This document shows, piece after piece, positions 48,289 through 61,503 of a stretch of 64,000 bases of DNA. The notes beneath the pieces were generated by a model. The model worked only from the letters and a program-made list of their open reading frames with translations, did no database searches and was not told the DNA's origin. The position numbers were made by a program, and so were the translations under genes. Each line of letters begins with the position of its first letter. Within the stretch, counting starts at the first letter, position 1. Source of the stretch: Ruditapes philippinarum (lineage: Eukaryota). Location: the NCBI RefSeq assembly GCF_026571515.1, contig NW_026856964.1, positions 124,001-188,000 on the forward strand, given 5' to 3'.

Positions 48289-50477
48289 TTTACAGTTATT
48301 TTATGTTTAAAATGTCCGCAAATATTTATATCATTTATTTAGAATAAATAAATGAATAAAATCATCTAAATATCCAAGCTAGTATCCGTTTGAAAGTATA
48401 TCTAATGCAATTTAACTATCTAAATGATCGATCTAGATCTATATCCACTCTTGATTCATTCAATATTATTTATTCGATACGAGCATCTAAAACGTTATGA
48501 TCTGTTTGAAAAGTATATCTAACATGCTTAAAGACCTTTCACCCCTACAAAATAATGCACCGGTCCAACCTATATTTTCAACCGCAAGGTCACGCGATTA
48601 AACACGCCTGCTGATTGGTTCATTTCCGCCTCGTGATCCTTACCATGCTGTTTACATGTGGTTACTCATACCAACCGGCCAGGTTACAACAAACAGAGGT
48701 AAATGTTTTGAATACTTTAAATAACGTCAGAATAAATTGATCAATTTTTCTATACCAAGTGATCATTGTCAACGATAGTGGGCGCAACCAGTGTTTCATT
48801 ATATATATGATCATCGATAAAGCTGTGTTTGTCACACATTTAACAAAATAAATTATACGCCTGCACTTTCGCTTTATTGATATACCACGCACTGTACAGT
48901 ATGCAGTACAGGGGCAGATCACTGATATTAAGGGTGGAGATGGCGCCTATTGCGTGAAGATTCATGAAGCGGGACGGGCAAGGGCGGGGGATTAAATGAT
49001 GCAAGCTGGTTCTTAAATTTTACTGACACAGCTTGCATTATTATAAAGTGCAAATAAATCTTAAAGAGCAACCAGGGGGTTTATACTTACAAATATGACA
49101 TAATCAAATCTTCATATTTAATCTGTTAAATAAAGTTTCACCTTTTTTTTTTAATCCTAGGTATTCAGAAATATTTGGGTATTTATAAATATTATTAAAG
49201 CGGGATCAATATTTTTAAATTTATTACAGGCCGGAATGGAATAATAAAGAGGGCAAAAATAAACAACGCATCTTTAGATTAATGTTGTAATGAACATATT
49301 TTGACGTGCCAAAGATATTTTAATCCTTGGTATTGTGTAAAACATCAAATGTGCCAGCCACTTCTTTAGGCACAATAATTGTTGCGCAGAAACAATACGA
49401 AACGAAATAAAGAAATTTCAAATATAATATATATCATTTGGAAAACATAAATTAGTGCATAACGTGTCAAATAATGGTTTTAGAGCATGTTATATTAAAT
49501 GCTTGTTTAATTATATGTTACCTGCAAACAGTAGCGCTTTTCATAATAAAAAAAAGTATTATTTTGCCTAATATACAAAATAATAAAATAACTTTAACTG
49601 TTCTTACAGCAAACATAGAACAGAAGAAAAAAGATGCAAAAGTAGGTAATGTGCCTATGAGTAAACTATTTGGAAACTTTAAAACACCGAAAATAAACAG
49701 CTGTAGAGAAATAAAAGCATTTCTGCGGCAAGTATTAAATGGCAGAACTTAGAGATGCATCATGTACCGGAAATTAGCTATAGATCTATGCATGCTGGGA
49801 AACACGTTTGCAGGGCATAAAGTCATTTTCTGTGACTATCATTTGGCACCTGGCAAAACGCTATTTACTATTTAGCGTCTCTTTAGTGATACCAAGCTCA
49901 AATCAAAGGGTCTTGAGTTCACGCTCAGCAGTTTAAAGGTTTAAGTCCCTCCATAATCGTTTGCATACAAATACATGTGGAATCCAACCGAATATATATA
50001 TATATATATATGTATGTAGTAATAATAGAAAAGTCGCCACGATGACATTACCTTTATATAAATAAAACCCAAACAAATATATATAAAATGTTAAATGACA
50101 AAAACTGGAAGTAAAGTCGTTTCCCCTTTTTCTTTGACAAAAACTTAATGTCCATTCAAACTTGCTAATTTTACAAATGATGATCTTTTATTTATGTATA
50201 GCATTAATTACACCGCTTCAATAGGTTGACTAAAGAGCGGAAAGTCGCTGTAAAAATAAATCATGTGTGAAAAAATAAACAGAATATTATCAATTGTAAT
50301 ATGCTTAAATTTGTATTTTAAACAGGGAGGAAGGGCCTCAACCCGTGGATCTATTCAGTGAAAAGTTATGTTTAGAAATAGGATATGTGAACTTTATGAA
50401 AACGGACGAAATGCACATAAAAGCTAGTTGTAAAATGTAGCCTTTGGAAGAAACAGCATATTTTAGATAAAACAGGC

Positions 50478-52382
50478 ATGAAGTTTCTTCATCAGCCACA
50501 ACTCGCAAGATTTTACAAAAGTTTAGATGTTTTCCGTTTTTCAAAATGCGGATGTGCAACATTGGACAACCTGATTGCTAAAAATACAGAACTCACCAGG
50601 GACCACATGACACCGGAAGTAGCTTTACGTTTAATCACCAAACGATGTCCACTGTGGAAGTGTAGGCCAGATGACAGTGCGCCGTTTTCGGATCCATTCT
50701 GGGCATTTTATTGGCCCGGGGGACAAGTTCTGACCAGGTAAATAACCTTAATCTTTATCAGGCTAGACTTGTTCATCGTCCAATCTGGACAAAACCAGTC
50801 ACCATTTTGGGGGACAGTTTCAAAATGTGTTCTCACTAAGTCGCGTACAGTGCAAACCAATCAGACATCACGTTTTTGTTGGCTGATGGTAGCATAAGTA
50901 TATTTAGTTGCCAGTTGCCTTTTATTTAGCGCCACCTTTTAACATGACTGTTAAATTATAGGAGGGCACTTCGCCGGTACTCAAAGGTAATTTTAAATAA
51001 TACACTTTTCATAGATCGTTTTTACCGTTACAGTTTCCTAAATATTGCTTTCCAATGCTTCTGTTAATTCAGAATTTGAAGGACTTGCTAACCATGATTT
51101 CTGTAAATGTTTTTCATATAGTCTCTAAAATTCTGTGTATTAAATAATAGGTATTTGGCTTATCATACCAATAATTAATATATTAATTATTTACCATATT
51201 AAATGTATGTATGTTTAACCATATAGATAAGTTTATGTATAAATATCGTTATTGTTATGCTTGCAGATATATTTTAGACAACCCGGCTATATTTAATGGG
51301 GCCACGGTGTTGGATGTCGGGAGTGGATGTGGCGCCTCCGCAATAGCTTGTGTCATGTGTGGAGCTGAAAATGTTATAGCCAATGATGTTGATCCAGGTG
51401 TTTATAAATTTCAAAACATTTTCTTTCCTCTGCCCTGACAAAAATGCTGATCTCATCATAATATAATATTGCTTTGAAATATGTTTAACATTTAAATTCA
51501 CGAGTCTGAATTCTTTTTCAGTATCCCATATTTTCGATGGAGTTTTGTATGTATGTATGTAGTCTAAGTTTAATGAGGGTCCATATCTGCCCATGCCCCG
51601 TGTCTTCTCAGCGTCGTGAACGCACCGATGTGAAGTGAGAAGTTCATCACATGTTATATTTGTATGCAGAATATGAATAATAAACGTTATTGGAAGAATC
51701 GCACTTAGCAACTTGTTCTATGTTACAAACACAAAATTTTAGAAATGTGAAAAGATAGAAATTACGAAACTTTTAAGAGAATTTTTAATTGTTTTAAGAA
51801 AATAATCTTATTACTTCCCTTTATGTACAATTTCTGTAACATTATTAAAATCTATTATTAGTAACATTTAGCATAATCTTTCATACTCTTATATGGATGA
51901 AAACCTTATCTTGAGTCTTAATTCTTTTTTTATTGTAGCATTAAGTTTGAGGCAAAAACACTCAATTAAAAAAGAAATAAAAACAGGGACAAGTAGTTAG
52001 TTTGACATTTAGTTACAATATATGAATTTATCTAATTCCAGTTGCAATTAGAGCGATCCAGTTGAATTCAGCAGCCAATAGGGTGACAGTTCAAACATCA
52101 AGAGACAATATGATTGGTCAACTAAATTCAGAATGGTCCACTGTTCTTTTGGGTGACATGTTTTATGATGAAGAATTCAGAGACAGTCTAGTGGAATGGA
52201 CAACTAATTTGTTCAGTAAATTTAAAACAAATGTGTTCATTGGTGATCCAGGGAGATTGCCATTTCTAGACCATCCAATCAGAAAACGTCTTACAAAAGT
52301 TGCAGAATATGACCTTGATGGGTCATGTAAAGAAGAAAACAATGGTCTGTCTACAGGCTATGTATGGAAACTTGATAGATGA
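50478..52382 (+). CDS. ETFBKMT: ETF beta-subunit lysine methyltransferase (METTL20), 243 aa
   Basis: Exons 50478-50737, 51267-51397 and 52042-52382 (phases 2,1). Motifs TPEVALRLIT, DPFWAFYWPGGQ, VLDVGSGCG, ANDVDP, LGDMFYD, IGDPGR and ENNGL. The basic N-terminus is compatible with a mitochondrial presequence. Confidence 0.93.
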
Positions 52383-52643
52383 TGAAAATTAATTGTAATA
52401 TTGTTTAATAAATATACAAATTATGTTCAAGATATTTCTGTTTCAGATACATCCCCCTGTTTTATCAATGTTTCTTTTGTTAATATTCAGGCTTTAGTGC
52501 TTGTCCTATCTATTTGTCCCAAGATAAGGCCAACATATCAAAAATATTCTGTTTTCCATATAAACTGCAGCAGAATATACTTAACTACTTTTATTTAGTG
52601 TAACATCTATTTGGATAAACCACACTCGCCTATGAAAAGTAGA

Positions 52644-53686
52644 ACAAGAGGGTCATGATGGCCCTGAAATCACTCATCTGTATATAGCCCCCTGGGCAAA
52701 GGCAAATTTTAAACCAGGGGCTGTTATTTAAACAAACTTGGTAGTCACCCATTAGAAGATGTTTCATGATAAATATCTAAGCTCTATCTCTTTGGGGTTT
52801 TTATAAGAAGATTTTTTAAGTTTTTTACTATATACATATAGGGAAAAACAATGAACCCCCCAGGGCTTTTATTTGAACAAACTTCGTAGACACTCACTAG
52901 AAGATATTTCATGCTTAGTATCTAAACTCTAGCTCTTTGTTTTTTTTTATAAGAAGATTTTTTAAGTTTTTACTATACACATATAAGGAAAATCAATGAC
53001 CCCCGGGTCGGGGCCAATTTTAACCCAAGGGACCTTATTTGAACAAACTTGGTAGACACCCATTAGAAGATATTTCATGCTAAATATCTTAGCTCTAGCT
53101 CTTTGGGGTTTTTAAAAGACGATATTTTAAGTTTTTACTATATACATAAAGGGAAAAACAATGACCCCTTGGGGCGGGGTAAATTTTTACCCCAGGGCTT
53201 TTATTTGAACAAACTTGGTAGACACCCACAAGAAGATGTTTCATGCGGAATATCTAAGCTCTAGCTATTTTTTTTTTTTTAAAGAGGATTTTAAGTTTTT
53301 ACTATATACCAATAAGGAAAATCAATGACCCCCTGAGGCGGGGCCAATTTTAACCCAGGGCTTTTATTTGAACAAACTTTGCAGACACTGACTAGATGAT
53401 GTTTCATGCCAAATATTTAAGCTCTAGCTTTTTCGGTTTTCTAAAAGGAGATATTTTAAGTTTTTTCTTTCTGTTGCCATGGCAACCAGAGTTCTGCTTG
53501 GAATTTAATTCTTTGAACAATTTATAAAGTTGACTACTAAAGGAACATTCCTGTGAAGTTTGGATGAAATTTGCTAAGCCATTTATGAGGAGATGTCGTT
53601 TAAAGTAAAAGTTATCGGACGGTTGCCTGACGAAAAGCGATCACAAAAGCTCACCATATGTCACTTTGTGACAGGTGAGCTAAAAA
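52644..53686 (+). mobile_element. Helentron/HINE-like non-autonomous element with internal ~165-bp tandem array (about 5 units)
   Basis: Starts AACAAGAGGG. The unit marker atttgaacaaactt recurs at about 52725, 52871, 53037, 53203 and 53366. Ends in the hairpin agctcacc..tgtcac/gtgacaggtgagct plus an A-run. Confidence 0.8.
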
Positions 53687-55720
53687 CAACAAAATGAATA
53701 TCTTTGCTTTTTCTTTAATAATAACAATACTTTAAATAAATCAGATTAATATAAACATGTTTGAAGATAATATCACTTGATTATTATTATGCAGGAAAAA
53801 CATTATTATCTAGTTTACAGTTTTGTAAAACTTTAAATCTTACATCGTAAAGTCATGTAAAAGTTAATTACAAATTATAAAACAGTAAAACACACTAAAT
53901 TTTTTTTTACAAAAATAGAACACATTATCATTTCATCTAATAAAATACATGTTCAATTTCTGGAATGTAGCAACTGAAATGAAAATCTAAAAACATTGCC
54001 CAGTATTTGCGTAAAAAAAACTTGTATAAAATTATATATTGCATATTTCCCTTTGCTACATACATAATATCAAACTAACTTACATTTATAGTTAGTTACA
54101 TATAGAGAAGTTTGAAGAGTTGGTAAAAAAATTTGCTCTTTTTCCCTGCTATCCCCCCCCCCTCTTCCTGAGGGTTTGGACAGCCATTGTTATAACTAAT
54201 TAACTCTTTGTCTCCTTTACGATGGGGTCCGTTGCTATGAAATATCGATAGGAAGTAGTATTTTCTCGCGCATGCAAAATTTGCGTAGGGCAAAAAGAGC
54301 ATCGCCCTACATAGAAATATGTTTGAAGTTCATAGTCTACTCTGAGTTAGTTTAATTAAAGGTAAAAAGTAGAAAAATAACATAAAATAGCTTTTAACAA
54401 AAACATAAAAGATGCCTTTATAGATTTGTGGCCAAAAAAAGCCCTCACTACAATTTAATTGGAAAGAAATTCAAATATGATAATGCATTTTAAACATATT
54501 TTGCATGAAATGTACACGTTCTTGACTCTTTGAAAGTGGATTCAACTCTACTTCAAAATATATTTTTCTTAGAAAATTTGTTCACTTGTCTAGTGAGTGT
54601 AAGGAGGCACTTGAATACATGTGTTTTCTTTGAATAAAATTACATATGTAAATGAGTCACATAAACAACCTTTAACAAGATCCACATACATGTAACATAT
54701 ATCACAACACATTTTTTTCTTAAATAATAGCCTATTGAATTTCTAGATTGGATATGTTCAACTTTCATTTAATTACAAGTCCACAGTAATTTTTCACCAT
54801 ACACTGTGTATAAGAGAGGCCTATATAAGGCCTCTTCCAAAAGGAAATTTTATTTAAAATCATACAGTTTTCCCAAAAGTCTGAACTTAACCAGCTTTTC
54901 TCCTTCCCAAATTAGCATTTTTAGCAATAATTTTTCCCAAAATCAAGAGGCTAAGGCCTCTTCCAAATTAAATGAGAAAAAACACTGGTCAATTATCAAT
55001 TCAGGTATATTGTGATGAAAATCAATAGTAACTTAAAGCCAAAAAAGTAGACCCTGATCAAACTGCAAGGATCAAAGTTCAGGGTGGTCTGTCTGTATAC
55101 TCAGGGTGTCCAAGACAAAATAATTTTTGATCCAGCAGGTTTAGGGATTAGTTTTATCCACATACAATATCACAAATACCTTTCTTAAAAACTGATACGC
55201 CTTCTGACAATAAATCACAATGCTAATGGAATGTATTGCATAAAATTAAGTCATTATAATAATTGTTGGAAATCTATAAATTTTTGTTAGAAATAACTGG
55301 GATTTTTTTTACAGTTTTTTCAATTGAAAGAAAGGCATATATTCAACAACTGTTTCAAATCCTCAAAAAAAAACAACTGGTAAATCCCTGTAAACAGTAT
55401 CTGTGTAACTACTCGGGTAGCAAAATCAATTGTCCGTATTGCCCAAGTTGTCGCACAGCCTCTACATATATAAATATCATATGGACAAGAATGTCAAAAT
55501 GAGATTTCTGCCAGCCCTGCAGTGTTAGTCCAACTAATTATACTGCATAAGGAGATACTGTGCTATTTTCTTGTCTGGGCAATATCTCGCCTCTAAAAGC
55601 GAGATTCTGCCCCAGAACGAAAATATCTCAGAATCAAGCTTTGGCACATCAATATATTTTGACTACCTGCAGTGTATACTTGGGACATTTACACCCATTA
55701 AAGCAATTCAACTTTCACTT

Positions 55721-58520
55721 TTAACTATTTCTCGGATTATACTCATAGATATTGTTCCAGCCACGTTTGGTAAGGAAATCATACCCTGCTATCTTAAGTT
55801 TACGAGTTGTTTCCAAGACGTCCTCCGGGTCATGAAGGTCTTCATGTATAATATACATTGGTCTATACCCTAGCCTGATCCACTGATGTAATATCTGTCA
55901 AAAAATATAAATTTAATATAATATACAGTGAAACTGTCTATCAAAAACACCAGGTTTTTTTGGTCAAAATTGTTTTAATTCTGGGACGTGGTCTCATAAT
56001 TAGATTTATAATCTGATATATGTTGTATGTGGCTTTTAGCTTGATCACTGAATAACTTATTTTCTTTGCTTCAAGAATTTGTTACAGTATTAAATTACAT
56101 GAACGGTGGTTAAAACTGAAACATTTTGCCCTATGAGTTGCAAAGGGAGAATACTCCAATGAAGATAATTTATTTCTGCTGCACTAGATTATCTCCCTTG
56201 GAAAATATTATTTCTTATACTTTTAAAAAATAAAATGCTAAAGGGCATCTTAATTGAAATTAAATGTAAATAAGCAAATTTAACATGAAACGTCACACTA
56301 TCAAAATGGATATTAATAAAAAGGAAGATTAATTTCAGCATTATCAACAATTTACTGTAATATTATACATTTCAAGGGAAGCTATATCTACTGAAATTAA
56401 TATTTTTATATGATTTATAAACAGTAAAATTATTTTCATATGTTGTTTACATATTAATCTTACGGTGAATTTTTGAAAAAGTTGCAGTGATTTTTTTTTC
56501 AATTTTGAAAACAACCTGTGGCTTTCTGATGGGGGAAAATATAGCGCAATAAATCAGAAAAGGGGAAAATCAAATTCTAATAACTGAGAATGGTTTACCT
56601 ACAAATATTTTAGAATATTCAATTTCAATTCAATTTAACATCCATGATACATAGCAGAGGCTATCTGTAGGGACAGCGTTCTGTCTTAAGCTGATATAAG
56701 TCAGCTGCTGTTAAGTCATGGCTCTAGTGAAAAATCTGCAAAGGGCATTTTAGGGGAAAAATAGTAGCATTTTTAGGAGAAAATATACCTATTTAGGGCT
56801 AGGGGAAACGGCCTTTATTCGGCTGTTAAATACAGGAAAAATAATCACTGAGTTGTAACATATAATGTCTCTGTTATTTAACATCATGTATGTAAACAGA
56901 ATAAATATTTTTAAAGATAATATTTTGCTACTATTTAATAGGTGCATACACCATTCGCTCAGAAACAGAAAATACAAACATATTTCCTACAATGTACATA
57001 TACATGTCAAAATGAAGGAAATATGCATGTATTTTCTAGAATGGCTGGTGTAACCATGCAACTTACCAGCTTTACAGGCTTGAAGCACTAGTATCTGAAC
57101 TCACATATGACTTAAAGAAGTTTGATTTTTAATCAATCACAAAATTTAACTTACCGTACTACCTAGCCCTTCTGCATCTATTGATAGAATACCAAAATTG
57201 GTCGGAACGTTGAATTTGGTTGCAAAAGTTTTCACCGAGTAACACCGGATTTCCGTTACTACACCTGGCTCCCTAGGATCAGTGATCACATGACTTTCCA
57301 TAGCAACAATATCCGAGGAAAGTTTAAACTTGGCTGTTCCATCATAGTTACTCAGAACAGCATTTACAAAATATACTTTCTGATCTATATGCTGCTTTAT
57401 ATACCTGAAGAAGATGGAAAAAAACACATTGACAACTTGGGTCATCATAGTATTATGCTTCAAATTTGAAAAAACTGCTGAATTATGAGCTGAAATTTTT
57501 GTAAGTTGGAGAATTATGGTGATCCAAACTTCTAGACTCTGTTTAACTTAATCAGTTCTAACAATTAAAGCTCTGTGTCATAAATGATTACCACTGGAAG
57601 GCATGATATGAGTGCATACTTTGATTGGTAGAAATAAAACCTCTAATATATAAAGGTACATTAGTGACATTAAGCCTTAGACATCAGGGTATTATAATGT
57701 TTACATAATGGTTTAATAGCATGTTTGCATGTATTATAAATTTGTTATGAATATTTCTGACACGTAATATCATCAGTTGTTCACAGTATACATGTAACAC
57801 TCACCTAGCAACTCTGGTTATATTTCGAAACAATATTTTTTATATTAGGGTCATATACCCTGTCTGGGGAATCTTTATAGCTAATAATAGAAGAAACAGA
57901 ATGAGATTATTAAATATTTACCCATGCAAGTTTCTCTTTGCAATATCTAGCTGGTAACTCTGAGGTTCTACCAAGATTGCACTCCAGCCCCAGCGAATAA
58001 AGTTATATGAATTGCTTGACAAGAGCCCATCATTAGCTCCTATGTCTATTACCAGTTTCTCCCAGTTCGTTCTATTAACTCCCAGATTATGAATTCTTTC
58101 AAGAATATACATAGTCTCTCCTGATGATGAAACGTCAACACCTAATCTATTAATAGTATGCCGTGAATTTGAACTGCTGTCACGAATATGAGAAACTCCT
58201 TTCCTGGATCTCTTTACATTATAATTCTCTATAGACTCTATATACACCCTACCAACTGTATTTTCAAGAAGTTTCGCAAATCCACCTTCTTTTCCTGAAT
58301 AAACTAAGCTGGCAAAGAATGGATTAACGGCCAGCTTGTCAAGAAACGTCTCACCAGGTGCTTTTATAACATCATTGAAAGATGCACGCAGGTTCCAGAT
58401 AATATAGAGAAATATTGTATTAAATAGAATGCTTTCTATAACAAAGAAAGCTACTAAACAGATAATGCAAGTTTTAATATGCTTCTGACAAGGCAGCGAG
58501 AGCCCAAACGATTTTCTCAT
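55721..58520 (-). CDS. Type II membrane FkbM-family (Methyltransf_21-like) SAM-dependent methyltransferase, 340 aa
   Basis: Exons 57922-58520, 57155-57404 and 55721-55894 (phases 2,0). N-terminal TM segment IICLVAFFVIESILFNTIFLYIIW; motifs VIDIGANDG..SNS, GWSAILVEP, LSIDAEG, YRP.YII.E and GY..L....N.IY. Confidence 0.85.
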
Positions 58521-58819
58521 AATTTCCTGTATTGAAACACGGCTTTGATTGAAAAGAATACCTCATATAGATGACGCTGCATTCATGACATGTGGTGATA
58601 TCATAACAAGATTTGTGTAATATCATTTACACAAGTATAGCAGTCATTCTTCTCAGGTAAATACCTGAAAAATAGAAACACAGAAATTATTTAAAGGTTA
58701 AATGACCAGATCTCTACAGTGTTAGTTTTCACATGTGTTAGGGCCAAAAATAAGGCCCAATTAACAAACAGAAAAGTGTTTTTTTACAATCATGAAGTGA
58801 CAAAAATGTGGCATTCCTA

Positions 58820-59572
58820 CAAAAGTTAGAGCAGAAACTGAAATGTTCTTATTTTTTTCTAAGTTCAAGAAGGATAACTATGTCAAAAATCATCTGACCA
58901 AAACCAAATTCAAACTTGACTTGTATTTTCTGTTTAAATACCTGTACATGCAGTTTCTATCTTATGCATACTGGTACATTTTTTAATAAGAAAGAGCGCA
59001 GATGCCAGAACCTAAAAATTTCCAATTTTTCCCACCATTCAAGAGATATAATTTTGTCGAAAATCATCGAACTATGACAAAATTAAAACTTGACCTGCTT
59101 ATTCCTATGATGTATCTATATGTCAAATTTTAGTTGAATGTGTACATTGACTTTTGGGGAGATAATGAACGGAAACTGATAATTTCTTCTGTTTTTCTTT
59201 CATAGTTAAAGGGGCATAATTCTGGCAAAAGTCATCAAACCATGACCAAAGTCCAACATGACCTGAGCATTCCCTTAACGTATCCATATTGCAATTTGAC
59301 AAATCTGAGTTGAATGTGTACAAGTGATGGGAAGATAATGAACGGAAACTGAAAATTTATTCAAGGGGCATAACTCAGAAGTCATCAGACCATGACCAAA
59401 TTCGAACTTGACCAGCATATTCCCATGCTGTATCCATACATGTATGTCAAATTTGAGTTGAATGTGCCACTGTTGCAAAGATAATGATCAGAAACTGATA
59501 ATGAGGGAATGGCACAATGACGGAACAGGGTAACATTATATGCTCCTGCCATTTATGGCGGGAGCATAAAAA
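58820..59572 (+). mobile_element. Second Helentron/HINE-like element with diverged ~150-175-bp tandem units
   Basis: The unit marker (aa/ag)tcatc.gacca.gaccaaatt..aacttgac recurs at about 58885, 59061, 59229 and 59380. Terminal hairpin atgctcctgcca-ttta-tggcgggagcat plus an A-run. Confidence 0.7.
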
Positions 59573-61503
59573 CAGAGAATTAAACTATTAGACAATTTTT
59601 GGCTTGCAGCCACGGCTGCAAGCCTATTTGTTTTGGAAAAGTTGTTCCGGTTAGGTGGTTTCCTGCTTACATTTGTTAGTGCATGATTGAACGGGAAACC
59701 AGTTGCAATCGTGCCAATCGCAACTTTTCGGCCCTTTCCGTCACTCTTCGGATTAATTATAATAGCCGAGGTTGTTCCGATTGCAATCGTGACAATTCGG
59801 GCGATTCCGTCATACTGCGGAATCAGACGAAGTAATATTACGGAAATCTAAGCTATTTTAGTTACTTTGGAAATCCCAGTTTGTTTTTCTATTTTTACTT
59901 GATTCCGTTTAAATTCTTTTTCAAGACGCAAAAGTTAGTTTCTTTTATAATTGGTTTTTGTCTTTATTAGTGTTATAAAATAGAGAATGGTTACTGTAGT
60001 ATTATTCCGTCTCCAAAGGGCGGTCCTGCTTACCAAAATATCGTGACCGAATCACGCAGAATATTAGTGCATGGTCAAGTTATATTTAGATCTACTGACA
60101 TAGTTTAAACGTCTTGCTGAGGTAATCTAAAAATAGCCCATGCATATCATTAACCTTACCACGTCCATAGATATTTTAGGTGTAACATAGTTGATACATG
60201 CTTATTAATTGGTACCACGTAACGAAGTCTTTTAGTGCATTCACTTGTCTCTAAAGCTGCTATAGAAATGAAATTAGCAACTGCTAAAACGAATGACTCT
60301 CTCTGCGAAAAAAGTGGAAATGAAATGTCCTTCAGTACGATAAATTGATCTCCATGTGAGAGCCAACGTTAGTATTTTTACGATTGATTATTTTAATAGA
60401 GAATAGATTTCGAATCGTTTTTGACAAAAAAATATTATTTTTTACAAAAAAAGTTGCAACTGTTATCGTCAGCATGTTCCCGTTCAGTTATAAACAGTGG
60501 ACTTTTGGTCCCTATTTACGCATAACCACTGGTGCTCAAACAAATGGGCACAGGTGCTCGTCCAGTCTTGGGCTTACCCTACCTATCCTTTTAAAAGTGA
60601 AACTTTTTTTTTCGAGAAAAAAACTGTATAAACCCTTAATGATATACAAATACCGTAATTCAAAACAAATTGTGATAATAAATTGAAACAAGAAAAAACC
60701 CCACAATTTTAAAGGGAAGAGATGAAGACACACTGAGCTAGTTCTGGCTTCCATAACTTTATATGTCGCTTTTATTTTGACGTTGCGACAGTAACAGGTC
60801 AAGCAGAACTATAAAACCTGTTCGCTGAAGTATCTTTAGCTACACTGAGCAAGATTTTCCTTTTAAAAGGAAACTTTATTATTACTGTGTTTGTTTTATA
60901 AAGAATCAATGCATTTTTCAGCACTATATTAACTAATTATTTAACCAACTACTGACGATTTATTTGAAATTATCATGGTAAAATGGAACTTTTTTTTAAA
61001 TACTGATTATTCAAAGGGCATGGACTGGTCACTCTTTCAGAAATAACTTTGAAAAACATAGTCCTATAAATATGACGTCGCTTTGAGATATTTTTGCTTC
61101 TGGGCAAAGCAACGTCATATCGAAATTGCTCAAAAACCCATAGCATGTTCCGCCAGAAAATCGGGCGGAACGAAAAACAATGAAGACAGCGTGTATTTAC
61201 ATAATTTTTGACCTATTTATGAACAAAACTAAAAAATAAATACCTTTTGTCAAAATAATTAAACTGTCACATCCGAAAAATCATGATTAAATCCTCTAAT
61301 GTATTTCAATTCCTTTTACAGCCGATAAACAAATGGCGGCCGTAAAGTGAGCGAAATCTGATTGGCTAATTCAAATGCAAGCGTTTAACTGAGTCAGAAC
61401 AATCTAACGGAATATTTTTTTAACGAAATAATTGCCCATGCACCGTCAGTGTGTTCGAATATATTTTTCCGTTCAAAAATTTGGAATCAATCTGTAAAGC
61501 ACC

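Noticed and set aside
54175-54235. Minus-strand GGACCCCAT...ATGGCTGTCC resembling the LINE 3' motif
   Set aside because: It lacks the TGGAAAT loop and inner stem, and no LINE coding remnant is adjacent.
61145-61370. Hairpin, YY1-like AAATGGCGGC and CCAAT as a promoter
   Set aside because: No gene could be tied to it; similar motifs occur inside non-autonomous DNA transposons.
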